From Moniliella sp. 'wahieum' (lineage: Eukaryota): a DNA stretch of 64,000 bases. The first letter of the stretch is position 1. Each line of letters opens with the position of its first letter. Location: the NCBI GenBank assembly GCA_003971905.1, contig RSEE01000148.1, positions 1 through 64,000 on the forward strand, in the 5' to 3' direction. Of this stretch, positions 61,512 to 64,000 are shown in pieces. The position numbers were made by a program, and so were the translations under genes. Below the pieces are notes generated by a model. The model had not been told where the DNA came from, searched no databases, and saw only the letters and a program-made list of their open reading frames with translations.

Positions 61512-62668
61512 ATGCGTGTCGCCGCCTCCCTCGCCGCTCTGCCCAGCGCACAGCACACACCGCGCCGCCCCGTCGCGCGCCCGCCCGCTCTCCTGCCGGC
61601 GTCTGCTGTGCGCGCCGGCTGCCCTGCGCTCGCCCTGCGCGCCCTCAGCACCACCGCCACCGCCGCCGCCGCCCAGCCGCTCCACGCCTCCCGTCCCACC
61701 CACATGTCCGAGGCCGGCGAGAAGCCCCCCGCGGCGCCTACCCCGCGCGTGTTTGTGCGCAACGTGCCCTTTGTCGCGCTGAAGGATGCGCTTCGTGCGT
61801 ACCTGGCCCAGGTCGGCGACGTGGTGAGCCTCACCACCATCGACCGTCCTCAGTTCCGCTGCGCAGACGTCGAGTACGCCTCGCCCGAACAGGCTGCCCA
61901 TGCCATCGAGAGCTTGTCGGGCCAGGTCTTCCAAGGCCGCAGAATGTATATGGAATTCGACAAGAAGGGCTACAGGGCCCCCGCTTCCGATCCTGCCAGG
62001 TCAACCTTTGTCTCCTTGGTGTTTACCGACGTACGTGTCCCCCCCCCCCCCGTCTTTTCCCTTCCTCTTTTCCCTTCCCTCGATGTTGCTTTCTTTTTTC
62101 AGACTGGAACGGATAGCTGACTGGTGTGTGTGTTTCCTTGGCGCGGTGCCTCGTTCCTCGCTTTCCAGTTGCCTCAAAGTACCACTGTGGAGCAGCTGCG
62201 GGACACCGTGGGCAACACGGGGCACTATGCGCAGGGCATTGACATTGACCCTGCCACGGGACAGGCGACCGTGCAGCTGCGTGACGCACCGGCGGCTGTC
62301 GCTGTGCGCGAGGCACTGCACGGCCCGCATTCTACGGCCAACGCTTGTCGATCGAATCGTTATCTTCCGAGGTGGTGCAGGCAGCGGCCTCGGTACCCCC
62401 CGCCGCATCGTGGCCCCTACGCCGCATCGTCGTGTCCAACTTGGCGGGCACCGTGGAGCTGGATAAGCTGGTCAGCATGTGCCTCGCAGCAGGTACCGTC
62501 ACAGTTGCCCGCACGCTCGTTCGCGACGTCAACAGTAACTCCAAAGCTATGGTTCACTACAACACGGTCGAAGAGGCGGTCAAGGCGGTCAAGTTGCTCG
62601 ACCGGACCATCTTTGAGAACCGCTTGATCAGGGTTCAGTTTGACATGTACAAGGCGCGCGCGCGCTAG
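61512..62668 (+). CDS. Triple-RRM RNA-binding protein with putative mitochondrial presequence
   Basis: Arg/Ala-rich N-terminus without acidic residues (..LRALSTT). RRM1 VFVRNVP...ADVEYA...AIESLSGQVFQGRR; RRM3 IVVSNL...AMVHY...AVKLLD; degenerate RRM2 between. Intron 62031-62168. Confidence 0.75.
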
Positions 62669-63634
62669 GCCAGCGCACTCTGGCCTTGTGTGGGGGGTTG
62701 GCTCGGATGCATCCAGCATCATGCATCCAGCATTCTATGCATCGCCATAGTATATACCACCCGAAGAGGTGCAAAAATGGGCGATCTGCCCGGATGGCGG
62801 TGGCGGGGCGGCAGCGCACTCGGAACTCGGATCGCTCCCCCCTCCCCTTCCTTCCACAAGATGAATCAATTGCTTGTCCTTGTCACTGTGGTGTGTGGTA
62901 TGGCCACCTCGGCGGTTGGCGCCGCTGGTTGGGTCGGGGGTCGGGGCCTCCGACCGCTTAAAGTCTTCCCGCCTTTCCGCCTTTCCCCCTTCCCCAGCTC
63001 GTCTGACCTGGACCGTAGCTTGTGCACTGCGTACGGGTTTCGGTACGGTATCGTAGTGCGGTACCAGCACATGCGTCCCATCTTGTTGGCCGCGTGCGTT
63101 GCCCGCTTTGTAGGCCCGGCCCAGATGCCCCTTGTTGCGCCCACGGGTACGCTCCACCCGGCCGATAAAGCAACGGGGGCAAGGAAGCATGGTCCAAAAG
63201 TCGCTACTGTCACTAGTCAGGCTCGTAGTCGTAAGCAATCCCAGCGCCTTGTGGCCTACACGGTCCCTCTCCCATACTTAGTCCCTTACTGTCTAGCTCT
63301 GTCGCGGCTCAAATCGCAGAGAATGGCAGCCTACGTCCACCTCCCTGGGTCCGACCAATCGCGTGGGAGCATCAAGAACAATACGATCCACACTCCGCTG
63401 GGCACTACGTTTACCAGGGCGCGGCGTTGCCGTGCTGGGCGCAAGCAATTCCATGCTATGCTATGCATTGGGGCACGCGCTCAGTCCGATTGGTACAGCG
63501 GGAGCTGCATAGCCATGGGGCCGAGAGCAAAGAGCAGAGAGTAGAGGGCTACCCCCGAGGCCAGTGGATCCAACCGAGCGTGGAGGGAACACGATGGATG
63601 GGGGCAGCGTCGCAACGCACAGGAGAGTAGGCGG

Positions 63635-64000
63635 TTACTTGGCCTGGAGCAAGGGCAGGAGCTTGCCCTGCTTGCTGAGCGCCTGCAGGTCCGAGTTGCC
63701 CCCGACGTGCTTGCCGTTGATAAACACGTTGGGCACGGTACGCTGGCCCGTCTTGGTCTGCAAGAAGCTCTGGATCGCACTGCCCTCCGGAATCACGTCC
63801 AGCTCCAACACGCCCACCGAGCCCGACGGCAGACCGAGCGAGGCGAGCAGGCTGACAAGCAGAGGCGAGGGTTAGCGAGGCACGCGACGAGACGCAAAGC
63901 GCAGGAGGAACGCATAACGCACGATTTGGTCGCGTCGCAGTACGGACAGTACGTCTTGGAGAACACGGCGACCTGGTGGCCGAGCAGCGCGTCAACAGTG
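63635..64000 (-). CDS. Dithiol glutaredoxin (CPYC); 5' end outside the window
   Basis: [17 protein letters not shown], intron 63852-63922, then LLAS...[21 protein letters not shown]. Confidence 0.95.

Noticed and set aside
1..64000. Frameshifts in almost every gene, suggesting mass pseudogenisation or programmed frameshifting
   Set aside because: They are single-base indels, often at homopolymers, and affect conserved genes whose motifs are otherwise intact. Unpolished long-read error explains this best.

Overview
Eukaryotic, intron-containing fungal DNA from a basidiomycete, most likely Ustilaginomycotina (inferred from a Upa2-like gene and a LIP-family lipase). Nearly every gene carries single-base frameshifts, mostly at homopolymers. 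This points to an unpolished long-read assembly, so gene ends are approximate. The first ~19.5 kb looks accessory and is rich in transposons. It holds a partial carboxylesterase, an intronless bacterial-type (GGDC) arginase-family gene, and a complete LTR-to-LTR Ty1/copia element (TSD ATGTC) whose RT catalytic core is missing. It also holds a decayed UPRT/FUR1 pseudogene, two copies of a CRE/Cnl1-like RLE non-LTR retrotransposon, a DHA1 MFS transporter with a promoter minisatellite, a Zn-ADH bracketed by ~140-bp direct repeats, and a solo LTR. The rest is GC-rich, microsatellite-rich core genome: cla4 PAK kinase, auxin-efflux-carrier-family transporter, class II HDAC, membrane-anchored alpha/beta hydrolase, Upa2-like PAM2/coiled-coil/GWW protein, PDI-family protein, secretory lipase, GPI-type aspartic protease, SH3-RasGEF, triple-RRM protein and a partial glutaredoxin. 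Intergenic DNA repeatedly shows 7-bp tandem repeats built from a 6-bp palindrome plus one base. I found no CRISPR arrays, rRNA or convincing tRNA. I cannot demonstrate a wholly new multi-gene system; the best leads are in findings.
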